Notes: generated by a model from the sequence alone, not told the origin. A stretch of 64,000 bases of DNA from Thermoanaerobaculia bacterium (GCA_035546335.1 DATKDP010000016.1:135380-199379); one strand, 5' to 3'; counted from the stretch's first letter, positions 16,280 to 25,399 are shown. A program made the numbers and translations.

Positions 16280-17752
16280 ATGGAGCCAGTCGTCATCGTC
16301 GTCTCTCTCGTGACGCTCGTCCTCGGCGGGGCCGGCGGATTTTTTCTCGCGGCGTCGCGCAGGACGGCGGTCGAACAGCGGCTCGCAGCCGAGCGCGATC
16401 ACGCCATCCGCGAGCGCGCACGAAGCGAGGCGGCCGCCTCCGATCTGCAGCGCCGCCTCGAATCGGAGCAGCAGCTCAGGATCGCCGCCGAAACGAAACA
16501 GGAAGCGGCGCGTGGAACGCTCGACGACATGACCGGCTTCGCCAATGCCCTCCGGCCGCTCCTCGAGGAGAGCTTCTCGCAGCACTCGAATCGGGCAGCC
16601 GAGCGGGCGATCGATCATCTGCTCCAGGTCGTCAAGCCGCATCTCGATGGCAACAGGGGAGAGATCGTCTCGACACTCGACACCAAGAAGCTGGAGATCG
16701 AAGGGCTGATGGCCCCGATCCGCGAGATGCTGAACCGCTACCAGAGCGAGCTGCGCACGAGCGAGCAGCAGCGAACCGAGGGCTACGCAGGCCTGCAGGA
16801 GCAGATCCGCGCGCTGCTCGAAGCGACGCGGGCGACCCAGCAGGAGGCCTCGAAGCTCTATGGCGCGTTGAAGGCGCCGAACATTCGCGGAACGTGGGGG
16901 GAGAGCACGCTGCGCAACTGCGTCGAGATCGCCGGCCTGAGCGAGTTCTGCGACTTCGACGTCCAGATGACCTTCGAGACGGAGGAGAAGAAGCGGCTTC
17001 GCCCCGACATGATCGTCCGGCTTCCCGACGATCGCATCATCGCCGTCGATGCCAAGGCTCCCTACAGCTCCTACATCGAGGCGATGGAAGCGACCGACGA
17101 GAAGCGCCGGCGCGATCTGCTCCTCCTCCATGCTGCGAGTCTGCGGCGCCACATCGTGGAGCTGAGCCGGAAGGAGTATCAGGACAACGTCCAGAAGCAG
17201 CTCGACAAGACGCTCAACTTCACCGTCATGTTCATCGGCAGCGAGGCGTTCCTCTCCTCGGCGATGATCGCCGACCCGTCGCTCTTCGAGCTCGCCGCGG
17301 AGAAGAACATCGTGCTCGCCTCGCCGACGATTCTCGTTCCGCTGCTCAAGGCTCTCGCCTCCGGCTGGAAAGCGGAGAGGCTGGAGGAGAACGCCCTCCG
17401 CGCGCTGACGATCGGCCACGCGCTCTACGAGCAGTTCGTCCGCATCTTCGACAACATCCAGGCCGTCGGCAAGGCTCTCGGCATGACCGTCGCACGCTAC
17501 AACACGGCGATCGGATCGATGGACAACCTGGTGCCGAAGGGACGACAGTTGCAGGAATACGTCAGCTCGAAATCACTCCCCGAGCTCTCGGTCATCGAGG
17601 AGCCTCTCCGCGAGTCGGTCAAGCTCCAGGCGCAGACCCTCCTCCCCATCGCCGGTCTTGCCGGCGGTGACGAATCGCTCGATCCGGACCAGGACGACGA
17701 GCAGGAGGACGAAGAAACCGATCTCGTTCTCGAACGGACTTCGGAATCGTGA
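16280..17752 (+). CDS. rmuC: DNA recombination protein RmuC
   Basis: Coiled-coil N-terminus then RmuC core NIRGTWGESTLRNCVEIAGL ... DMIVRLPDDRIIAVDAKAP. Start taken at ATG 16280 (MEPVVIVV, N-terminal TM), not the track's 16061, which runs through repeat DNA. Confidence 0.85.
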   Translation: MEPVVIVVSLVTLVLGGAGGFFLAASRRTAVEQRLAAERDHAIRERARSEAAASDLQRRLESEQQLRIAAETKQEAARGTLDDMTGFANALRPLLEESFSQHSNRAAERAIDHLLQVVKPHLDGNRGEIVSTLDTKKLEIEGLMAPIREMLNRYQSELRTSEQQRTEGYAGLQEQIRALLEATRATQQEASKLYGALKAPNIRGTWGESTLRNCVEIAGLSEFCDFDVQMTFETEEKKRLRPDMIVRLPDDRIIAVDAKAPYSSYIEAMEATDEKRRRDLLLLHAASLRRHIVELSRKEYQDNVQKQLDKTLNFTVMFIGSEAFLSSAMIADPSLFELAAEKNIVLASPTILVPLLKALASGWKAERLEENALRALTIGHALYEQFVRIFDNIQAVGKALGMTVARYNTAIGSMDNLVPKGRQLQEYVSSKSLPELSVIEEPLRESVKLQAQTLLPIAGLAGGDESLDPDQDDEQEDEETDLVLERTSES

Positions 17753-17794
17753 TCCTCCTCCGCCTTCCGCCATTCGTTACGCGGTGCCGTCGCC

Positions 17795-18445
17795 ATGAAT
17801 GACCGCCTGCTGAAGCTCGTCGTCACCCTTCTGATCATCGGCGGAATGCTGATCGCCGCGCTCTTCATGCTCGTCCGAATCCCGAGGATGATGATCCGCG
17901 AGGGGATGGCGACGGTCGCAAAGAAAGAGCAGCACATCGACCTTTCGGCGCTCGTGACGCAGATCCGCGACCTGAGCCGGCTGGAGACGACGTCGATGCG
18001 GGTGGTGAACGTCTCGCGCATCGACCAGTCGTACGGCGCCATTCCCGACAAGCTCGCCGGCGACTCCATCACCTTTCTCGCCGTCGGCGACGTGATCGCC
18101 GGGATCGATCTGTCGCAGATCACCCGCGAAGACGTCTACCTCGATCGCGAAGGGGTCCTGGTGATGAAACTTCCTCTTCCCGAGATCCTAGTCACGCGCC
18201 TCGACAACAAGGAGTCGAAGGTCATCACACGCGATACCGGCATGCTCAGAAGAGCGGACGTGAATCTCGAGAGCCGCCTGCGCCAGCAGGCCGAGTCGTC
18301 GGTGCGCGATGAAGCGCTGCGGAAGGGAATCCTCCCGCTCGCGGCGACGAACGCCGAAGTGAAGCTGTCGGGCTTCCTCAATACCGTCGGATTCCAGCGC
18401 GTTCGTTTCGAGAGCCGCCTGGTGACGCCGGAGCACCCGAGGTGA
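17795..18445 (+). CDS. DUF4230-like membrane-anchored hypothetical protein
   Basis: Single N-terminal TM (LVVTLLIIGGMLIAALFMLV) followed by a DUF4230-like profile. Confidence 0.45.
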   Translation: MNDRLLKLVVTLLIIGGMLIAALFMLVRIPRMMIREGMATVAKKEQHIDLSALVTQIRDLSRLETTSMRVVNVSRIDQSYGAIPDKLAGDSITFLAVGDVIAGIDLSQITREDVYLDREGVLVMKLPLPEILVTRLDNKESKVITRDTGMLRRADVNLESRLRQQAESSVRDEALRKGILPLAATNAEVKLSGFLNTVGFQRVRFESRLVTPEHPR

Positions 18446-18525
18446 GGGGCGAGAGGCGAGAGGCCAGAGACGAGGGGCGAGAGGCGAGTCGGTGAGTGAC
18501 GAGAGGCGAGAGTTCGAGGCGGGGT
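18441..18525. repeat. Purine-rich degenerate tandem repeat (GAGGCGAGAG-like units)
   Basis: ggtgaggggcgagaggcgagaggccagagacgaggggcgagaggcgag ... begins at the stop codon of the DUF4230 gene. Confidence 0.6.
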
Positions 18526-18554
18526 CCGATTCGCACACAGGTCCTGCTTGCGAT

Positions 18555-18717
18555 CTGGCCGAAGTCCCGAAGGGACGATTGAAAATAGCCCGGGACGAAG
18601 TCCCGGGTAGGGTAGCGCACAAGACACGAAGACCGCCAGTCCCGTAGGGACGGTTGACCGCCCGGGATGATGTCGCCGATTCGCCAGGGGCGGGCGCGGG
18701 ACGCCCGCTCTCCCCTG
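18555..18717. repeat. Three roughly 35-bp tandem units (GAAGTCCCGnAGGGAC cores) followed by a copy of dispersed hairpin module M2 (18686-18717)
   Basis: gaagtcccgaagggacg / gaagtcccgggtagggt / cagtcccgtagggacgg, then GGGGCGGGCGCGGGACGCCCGCTCTCCCC. Confidence 0.55.
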
Positions 18718-18725
18718 CGGTGGTA

Positions 18726-19766
18726 TCACCCTCCGGCGCCGTGGTCCCGCCGAAGGCGCCATCGCGCATCCACTTCGTCGATGAAGTGCGCGCGTCCCGT
18801 CGCGAGCCACTCCTCGAGCGCGTCCACGGCAGGGAGCTCGAGATCTCCGACTATCGACAGGCTCGCGGCGGAAGACACCTGCGCGAGCGGCTTCGTCAGG
18901 TGGGCGATGATCCGTGCGCTCCGCAAAATGCTCCAGCCGATCTCGTCCTCGCCATCCATCCGGATCCGGCGCGCCCCGCAACGCGACAGCATCGCCGCAG
19001 CTCTCCAGTTCTCATTCTCGAATGATTCCGGCAGGATCACATGGTCGATCAGGCCGTGCTCGGACGCGAGAGCGGCGATGTGCCGTTCCGTAGCGACGAG
19101 CAGGCTCTCGGGATTCGTGTGGAAGATGCGCTCGTACTCCTCCTCGGCGACATCCGACCGCTCGGCGAGGCTGCGGAGAGCGGAAGGGTCGCTGTCGATG
19201 GGAGCGGAGGCGAGAAACGCCGCGCCGTGCCGCGCAGCCGACGCTGCGAGGCGCTCGAGCGTTCCGAGGCTCGTCGTGACGGGATCGATGATCGGGATGA
19301 ACGCTCCCCAGAATCTCCCTTCGTCTCCCGCCTGTTGAAAGAGTCGCTCGAGATCGCCGAGATCGTCGGGCCAGCAGGCGATTGCGAGCGCTGTGCTTCC
19401 GTCGGGTGCCGGCAGCGATCCGGCGGACGAAACGAGAACGAGCGTCGCGAGGTTTTGCCCGGAGCAGAACTGAGCCGCCGCTTCGCCTGCGCCGAACAGA
19501 CTCTCGGCAAAGCCTGTGGCGTCGATCAGCAGCGGAGCAGTGAAGGGTCGTCGCTCCAGCTCGTCGCCGAGCGCCCGTTCGACGTCATGACAAACGATCG
19601 TGTCGGACCGCTCGGGGGCAGTCGACGTCAGATTGAAGTAATCGACGGCGACGGGAGCGTCTCGTTTCGGAGCGTACGCGCTGATGAGAGTCGAGCAGAA
19701 AAAGGGAGGTTCAGGATCGGCTCTCCGCTCGAGGCGGATCTGCTCCGACTTCCGGTAGGTGATCAA
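18726..19766 (-). CDS. Conserved hypothetical protein
   Basis: Coherent 340-aa ORF with coding-like composition. A TTG start at 19766 abuts the ribE stop. No recognisable motif. The annotated ATG at 19862 would overlap ribE by 100 nt. Confidence 0.4.
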   Translation of the reverse strand: MITYRKSEQIRLERRADPEPPFFCSTLISAYAPKRDAPVAVDYFNLTSTAPERSDTIVCHDVERALGDELERRPFTAPLLIDATGFAESLFGAGEAAAQFCSGQNLATLVLVSSAGSLPAPDGSTALAIACWPDDLGDLERLFQQAGDEGRFWGAFIPIIDPVTTSLGTLERLAASAARHGAAFLASAPIDSDPSALRSLAERSDVAEEEYERIFHTNPESLLVATERHIAALASEHGLIDHVILPESFENENWRAAAMLSRCGARRIRMDGEDEIGWSILRSARIIAHLTKPLAQVSSAASLSIVGDLELPAVDALEEWLATGRAHFIDEVDARWRLRRDHGAGG

Positions 19767-20374
19767 CGGTTCGCCACTCCCGGGCGATACGGCTCGAGCA
19801 GGCGCCGCGCGTATTTGGCCAGGATGTCGATCTCGATGTTCGACGGATCGCCGATCTCGCACGCTCCCAGATTCGTCTTCTGCAGTGTTTCGGGGATCAG
19901 CGCGACGCCGATCTCGTTGCCGGCGGGATCGACGATCGTCAGCGAGACGCCGTCGACGGCGATCGATCCCTTCTGGACGAGAAGCTCCGAATGATCCTCT
20001 TCGAGCCGCCAGCGATAGACGGAGAAGTCTCCCGCCGATTCTTTCGTCACCAGCGTGGCCACGGTGTCGACGTGACCCTGCACGATGTGTCCCCCGAGCC
20101 TCTCGGAGAGCCGCATTGCGCGCTCGAGATTCACGCGTCTGCCGGCAGGGAGCCGCTCGAATGTCGTCCGGCGCAGCGTTTCGGGAGAGAGGTCGGCATG
20201 GAATGACCTCGCCCCATCCGGAAAAACAGTGACGCAGACGCCGTTGACGGCGACGCTCTCTCCCTTTTCGAGATCGAGCGGAACATCGATCGAGCCGATG
20301 ATGATGCGGGCGCCGGCCTCCAGCGGCTCGAACGCCTCGAGCGTTCCCATGTTGCGGATGATGCCTGTGAACAT
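19763..20374 (-). CDS. ribE: Riboflavin synthase alpha subunit
   Basis: MFTGIIRNMGTL ... two lumazine-binding repeats (GESVAVNGVCVTV, GSIAVDGVSLTI). 203 aa. ATG overlaps the ribD stop. Confidence 0.9.
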   Translation of the reverse strand: MFTGIIRNMGTLEAFEPLEAGARIIIGSIDVPLDLEKGESVAVNGVCVTVFPDGARSFHADLSPETLRRTTFERLPAGRRVNLERAMRLSERLGGHIVQGHVDTVATLVTKESAGDFSVYRWRLEEDHSELLVQKGSIAVDGVSLTIVDPAGNEIGVALIPETLQKTNLGACEIGDPSNIEIDILAKYARRLLEPYRPGVANR

Positions 20375-21474
20375 CAGATCGCCGTTTCCTGATCGGGGTA
20401 GGCGGTCACCACGAGGTCGTTTCCCGATCTCTCCACCGAATCGAACCGGAAACGGGGCGCGTCTGTCAACCGCGACACTCCGCCGGACGGAGAGTAGAGC
20501 GCGGGCGCCGACTCCCCTCCGAGAAGCACGGGCGCGATGAAGAGGATCATCTTCTGCCACAGCCTTCTCCGGATCACGTCGGTGTGCAGTGCCGAGCCTC
20601 CTTCGACGATGACCGAGCGTACGCCTCTTTCGTAGAGCGCGCGCAGAACTTCGAGGAGATCGATGCGCCCTTCGCCGTCGCTCACCGAGGCGATGACCTC
20701 GGTATTCTTCGCGCCCTCGTAGCGCTCCGGGCGTGTCGTGAACAGCACCGTCGGACGATCGTCGGCGAGCAGAGTGGACGATGCCGGGATCTTTCCCCGC
20801 GAGTCGACGATCGCACGAATCCAGGGGGTGATCGACGTATTCAGCCCGAGCCGCCGCGTGAGCTCCGGGTCGTCGGTCACGACCGTGCCGCTGCCGACGA
20901 GAATCGCATCGTGCTCCTCGCGCAGGAGGAAGTTCCGCTGGCGCGATTCGGTCGAAGTGATCCATCGGCTCTCGCGATTGATGGTTGCCAGCTTGCCGTC
21001 GAGCGACATGCCCCCCTTCAGCACGACGAACGGGAGGCGGGTGCGAACCGAGTGGAGGAAGACTTCGTTGAGCCGTCGCGCCTCTTCCTCGAGCAGGCCG
21101 GCCTCGACGGCGATTCCGGCGGCCCTCAATCGTTCGATCCCCTGACCGTCGACGAGAGTGTTGGGATCGCGTGTGGCGATCACCACGCGCGCCACCCGCG
21201 CGTTCACCAGCGCCTCGGCGCAGGGAGGCGTCCGTCCTGTGTGGGCGCACGGCTCGAGGCTGACGTAGACCGTCGCGCCGGCCGGGTCCTCCCGGCATGC
21301 GCTCAGCGCCTCGACCTCGGCGTGCGGCTCGCCGGCCCGCCGATGAAATCCCTCGCCGATGACCGTCGAGCCCCTGGCGATGACGCAGCCGACCATCGGG
21401 TTCGGGCTGACGGAGTGAAGGCCGAGCCTTGCCAGCTCGAGAGCGCGACGCATCGCGGCGTGATCATCTTCCAT
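20374..21474 (-). CDS. ribD: Bifunctional riboflavin biosynthesis deaminase/reductase
   Basis: MEDDHAAMRRALELARLG ... HAEVEAL ... PCAHTGRTPPCAEAL (CMP/dCMP deaminase zinc motif), then a reductase domain. Start at the internal Met of the longer track ORF. Confidence 0.9.
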   Translation of the reverse strand: MEDDHAAMRRALELARLGLHSVSPNPMVGCVIARGSTVIGEGFHRRAGEPHAEVEALSACREDPAGATVYVSLEPCAHTGRTPPCAEALVNARVARVVIATRDPNTLVDGQGIERLRAAGIAVEAGLLEEEARRLNEVFLHSVRTRLPFVVLKGGMSLDGKLATINRESRWITSTESRQRNFLLREEHDAILVGSGTVVTDDPELTRRLGLNTSITPWIRAIVDSRGKIPASSTLLADDRPTVLFTTRPERYEGAKNTEVIASVSDGEGRIDLLEVLRALYERGVRSVIVEGGSALHTDVIRRRLWQKMILFIAPVLLGGESAPALYSPSGGVSRLTDAPRFRFDSVERSGNDLVVTAYPDQETAI

Positions 21475-21526
21475 TCGTGGCGGTAGTCTCGCACGAAGCG
21501 CCGTCGATGTCAGCCTGCGTCCCGCA

Positions 21527-21733
21527 CCACGCGCGACGATCCCGCCAACCAGTGGGGAGAGCGGGCGTCCCGCGCCCGCCCCTGCAACACGCGCGACGAT
21601 GCCGCCAACCCGCCGGGGAGAGCGGGCGTCCCGCGCCCGCCCCTGTAACACGCGCGACGATGCCGCCAACCCGCCGGGAGAGCGGGCGTCCCGCGCCCGC
21701 CCCCGCAACACGCGTGACGATCCCGCCAACAGC
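21527..21733. repeat. 3.5 tandem copies of a roughly 59-bp repeat, each carrying hairpin module M2, in the 5' leader of ribD
   Basis: cacgcgcgacgat[c/g]ccgccaacc..ggggagagcgggcgtcccgcgcccgcccctg[c/t]aa repeated at 21527, 21587, 21646, with a partial copy at 21704. Confidence 0.8.
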
Positions 21734-21766
21734 GTTCTCCCATCGGCGTCATGCCAGCATGTCGTT

Positions 21767-22413
21767 TCACCCGACGATCTCCCCCGCATGAAGCCGCCTG
21801 AGGAAGATCTCGAGGGGAAGGACGAGTGTGCCGTCGACTTCGAGCTCGCGGTCGCCGCGATAGACGATGTAGCTCTTCGCTCTCGTTCCGGAGAGAAAGG
21901 CCTCGATTCCCTTCCTGTGCTCGCGGCGGAAGTCGCGAGCGTGGTTGACCTCGATGGCGACGACATCGCGACCCCGCCACCAGACGAAATCGACCTCGCT
22001 TCCGCTCGGCGTCGCCCAGTAGCCGAGGGAGCCCTTGACGCCCTGGTAATGGAGATGACTCCGGATCTCGTGAAGGACGAGATGCTCGAGGAGAACACCA
22101 TCCCAGTCCGGTGGCAGCGGCTGATCGAGCCCGCCGGCGGCCGCGTGGAGAACACCGGAATCGAACCAGTAGAACTTCGGGAGCGCTACCTCCTTGACTT
22201 TCGATCGCGGCCTGTAGGCCGGAAGCCAGTGGCCGATGAGGGTATCGACGAGGATCTCGAAGTAGCCGCGCGCCGTCTCGCGCGAGACGCGGGAAGAAGG
22301 TTGACCAGGTGGGCGTCGCCGAAATTCGAGCGGATCCAGGTGCTCTTGCCGGTCCCGCGCGGGCCGAAGAGAAAGAACGACGTCGGAGGAGGGCGCAGTT
22401 CACGTGGAAACAT
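21767..22413 (-). pseudogene. DUF4143/AAA_14-family ATPase remnant with internal deletion and frameshift
   Basis: N-terminal 40 aa MFPRELRPPPTSFFLFGPRGTGKSTWIRSNFGDAHLVNLL (Walker A). It is then joined out of frame to the C-terminal DUF4143 part SRETARGYFEILVDTLIGHWLPAYRPRSKVKEVALPKFYWFDSGVLHAA ... HAGEIVG*. The roughly 200-aa AAA core is absent. Confidence 0.65.
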
Positions 22414-22666
22414 CGATACCAAATTTACCGTCAAATTGGTGTCGATGTCTACAGGGCGACCGGTTGTGTCGTCACAGGTGGACATCCACTTGGGGTCGGG
22501 CGTCCCCATGGGGGTCGGGCGTCCTCGCCGCCGCAGGCAAAATGCGGCAGCTCTGAGCAGGCTGAGTAGATCTGTCCCGTTGTTTCTCAGCCTCCACGAC
22601 ACCAGGGTCTGACCCCCCGCGCGGCGGGACTCCCAGGTCATCGAGCAACCGAGGTATTCGTGGAAC

Positions 22667-22750
22667 GTGGACGACCACGAAGTTCGCTACGACCCCTCAA
22701 AGGCCGCGCAGAATCTGAAGAACCATGGGGTGTCGTTCGAAGAGGCGGCG
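22667..22750 (+). pseudogene. BrnT (DUF497) toxin N-terminal stub
   Basis: V(M)DDHEVRYDPSKAAQNLKNHGVSFEEAA matches the BrnT N-terminal FEWDPxKAxxNxxKHGVSFEEA motif. The reading frame degenerates immediately after. Confidence 0.55.
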
Positions 22751-22789
22751 CATCCACCTTCCTGCCCGCCTTTGCTCCACGCCCGTTAC

Positions 22790-23570
22790 GGCGCTTCAAC
22801 AAGGCATCCTCGAGGAGATGAGACTCTGGACTCCGGAGAAGGGAACGCCACAAGGCGCGGTGATCAGCCCGTTGCTGGCGAATCTCTATTTGCACCCTGT
22901 CGACGTGGAAATGCGCGAGGCGGGGCTCCGAATGATTCGCTATGCAGACGACATGGTCATCCTGTGCGGGAGTCGCGAAGAGGCGGAACACGCACTGACC
23001 AAGCTCCGAAGCGCCCTCGAAGCGAAGCAACTCACGCTCCACCCGGTCAAGACGAAGCTCGTCGATGCGACGCTACGGCTAGGATTCCAGTTTCTCGGAT
23101 ACGACTTCTTCGGAGGACGACGGTATCCGCGCGAGCCGAGTGAACGGAAACTGCGCGAGCAGATCCGGAAACGAACTCGCAGGAATCGATCCGACAATCT
23201 GAAGACGATCATCGAAGATCTCAACAAGGTACTTCGAGGATGGTTCGCGTATTTCAAGCACCCTCACGCCGGGCGTTCGAAGGTCTCGACGGCTACATTC
23301 GCTACCGGCTCAGAGCCATTCTGAGCAAGCGAAGCCGACGCGGCCGGAAACGACGCCGTGGGCGTGGAAAGGACCATTTCCGCTGGCCCAACGCCTACTT
23401 CCGTGCGCAAGGTCTCTTCTTCCTTCACGAGAACCATCTGCGCGCCCTACGGTCCCATGCAGGGTGAACCACCAACTGGAGAGCCGGATGCGGGGAGATC
23501 CGCCAGTCCGGTTCGGAGGGAGGGGGAGGCCGGGAGGCCTCTCCCTCCCCCTATCTCGGGGCCGCCCGCT
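22790..23570 (+). mobile_element. Group II intron remnant: 5'-truncated, frameshifted RT/maturase ORF plus RNA domain V (23481-23514)
   Basis: RT motifs GTPQGAVISPLLANLYL, IRYADDMVILC, thumb/X LRGWFAYFKH. After a frameshift near 23265 comes LDGYIRYRLRAILSKR ... RWPNAYFRAQGLFFL, the maturase C-terminus. Domain V GAGCCGGATGCGGGGAGATCCGCCAGTCCGGTTC. RT domains 0-3 and RNA domains I-III are missing. Confidence 0.7.
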
Positions 23571-23581
23571 CTCCCTGGATG

Positions 23582-23750
23582 ATGGCAAGCACCCGGACGA
23601 AGCTATTGCGCTTCGTTACTGCTTCGCAAGCCCTCTGTTCTATCCCTCGCGCAAATGCTTCGTCCCTACGATGGGCGTTGCGAATTTGTTGGCGCACCCG
23701 CGCATCCGGGGGCGGGCGTGGGATGCCCGCCCCCGGTTCGGACTTTACGG
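23582..23750. repeat. Dispersed repeat copy (module M1 followed by hairpin module M2)
   Basis: atggcaagcacccggacgaagctattgcgc ... tcgcgcaaatgcttcgtccctacga ... gggggcgggcgtgggatgcccgccccc. About 85% identical to the inverted copy at 58845-58985. Gives near-identical spurious peptides MASTRTKLLR in the ORF track. Confidence 0.8.
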
Positions 23751-25253
23751 AATCTTCGGCGTCGCGAAGAACGACTGCGACCGGCCGCCGCGCGTGTAGC
23801 GTGTCACATAGAGGCGGAGGTACTGGCCGCTGCGCGCCTGCTCGACGCTGCGCCGGAACTGCTCGGTACTGGTGAGCGGCTGCCCGTTCACCTGGGTGAT
23901 CACGTCGCCGGGCTGCAACCCTGCTTCGCCGGCGGGGGAGACCTCCCGCACGCTGGTGATCACGACTCCTTGGACGTCGTCTCCGAGTCCGAACTGGCGG
24001 CGGAGCATCGGAGTGATCTGCTGGACCGAGACACCGAGCCTGTTCTGCGCGGGACGGTCGGGGCCGCTTTCGGACTCGCCGTCGGGGGCGAGCGAGGCGG
24101 GCCGCTCTTTGGTCGTCGCGGTCACGGTGCGTTGCTGGCCGTTTCGCAGCAGAGTGATGCGGACCTGAGCGCCGGGACCCTTCTCGGAGACGTAGTCGAT
24201 CAGGTCGCGGGTGCTGTTCACCGCCTGCCCGTCGACCTGGGTGATCACGTCGCCCGGCTGAAGTCCGGCCTTCTCCGCCGGCTCGCCCGCCACGACGGCC
24301 TCGACGAACGCGCCGCGCACGGAAGGCAGACTGAAGGCGTCTCTCCGCTCGGGACTGATATTGGTGACGTTGATGCCGAGGTAGCCGCGGCTGACGCGCC
24401 CCTTCTCCCGGAGCTGCGGGAGAATTTTCCTCGCCACGTTGATCGGAGTGGCGAATCCGAGTCCCTGGGCCATGGCGCGCATCGCGGTGTTGATTCCGAC
24501 GACGTCGCCGTTGATGTTGCACAGCGGTCCGCCGGAATTGCCGAAGTTGATCGCCGCATCGGTCTGGATGAAGTTCTCGAAGGACGAGGTCGCCTCGCTG
24601 ATCCCGAGGGCGCGGTTCTTGGCGGAGATGACCCCGACGGTCAGGGTGTTCTCGAACTGGAGGGGATTGCCGATGGCGATCGCCCAGTCGCCGACGCGGA
24701 TGGCGTCGGAGTCTCCGAGCGTGACGGTGGGAAGCTGTTCCTTGACCTCGATCTTGATCAGTGCGATGTCGGTGGCGGGATCGCGGCCGATGACTTTCGC
24801 ATCGGCGACCTTGTCCGCCTCGCCGTACTGCACGCGGATGCTCGTCGCTCCCTCCACGACGTGATTGTTGGTCAGGATGTAGCCGTCAGCGGAGATGATG
24901 AAGCCCGAGCCCCCGCTGAGCTGCCGTCGCTCCTCTTCCTCTCCCTGCTGCCGCCGTGGATCGGGAAAGAAAAAGTCGAAGGGATTGACCTCGCGTCCCC
25001 GCCGTTCGCTGCTGCGGTAGATCTCGGTCGTGGTGATGGAGACGACGGCTGGCATCACGCGCGCCGCGACGTCCGCGAACGAGGGGATCGTCATCGTGGG
25101 CACGGCTGCCTGGGTCGTCTGAATCGGCGGCGGTGCCGGTTGGGCGCTCGAAGGCCTCAGCCATCCGAAGTCTGCGGTGATGATCATTCCGAATGCGATC
25201 GATGCGACGATGATCGCTCCGATCGAAAGGTTGCGCTTCATTGCCTGCGTCAT
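23745..25253 (-). CDS. Periplasmic serine endoprotease DegP/HtrA family with two PDZ domains
   Basis: Signal/TM N-terminus. Catalytic triad context TNNHVV ... DIALIKI ... GNSGGPL. Two PDZ segments (GAFV ... GLQPGDVITQV, repeated). Confidence 0.85.
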   Translation of the reverse strand: MTQAMKRNLSIGAIIVASIAFGMIITADFGWLRPSSAQPAPPPIQTTQAAVPTMTIPSFADVAARVMPAVVSITTTEIYRSSERRGREVNPFDFFFPDPRRQQGEEEERRQLSGGSGFIISADGYILTNNHVVEGATSIRVQYGEADKVADAKVIGRDPATDIALIKIEVKEQLPTVTLGDSDAIRVGDWAIAIGNPLQFENTLTVGVISAKNRALGISEATSSFENFIQTDAAINFGNSGGPLCNINGDVVGINTAMRAMAQGLGFATPINVARKILPQLREKGRVSRGYLGINVTNISPERRDAFSLPSVRGAFVEAVVAGEPAEKAGLQPGDVITQVDGQAVNSTRDLIDYVSEKGPGAQVRITLLRNGQQRTVTATTKERPASLAPDGESESGPDRPAQNRLGVSVQQITPMLRRQFGLGDDVQGVVITSVREVSPAGEAGLQPGDVITQVNGQPLTSTEQFRRSVEQARSGQYLRLYVTRYTRGGRSQSFFATPKIP

Positions 25254-25399
25254 GGAATTCGAATCCTCCTCGGAAACCGCCGGCCGGCGGCTATGGTCAT
25301 GGAAAGCATCTCACACACCAGAAGTGAGACGTACTCTGCGGGAAAAATGTTTCAGCGGAAGTTTGTCATGCCGGAGGGCGTTCACACATTGTTGACCTG

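Noticed and set aside
16154-17670. 421-aa minus and 491-aa plus out-of-frame ORFs overlapping rmuC
   Set aside because: Arg/Gly/Asp-rich low-complexity. rmuC motifs are only in the chosen frame.
21475-21800. FMN (RFN) riboswitch expected upstream of ribD
   Set aside because: None of the conserved RFN sequence blocks could be found by eye on the minus strand. The region is filled by tandem repeats. A covariance-model scan is still needed.
21599-22612. 337-aa plus-strand ORF over the ATPase pseudogene
   Set aside because: No protein-like features. The minus strand carries the recognisable Walker-A and DUF4143 segments.
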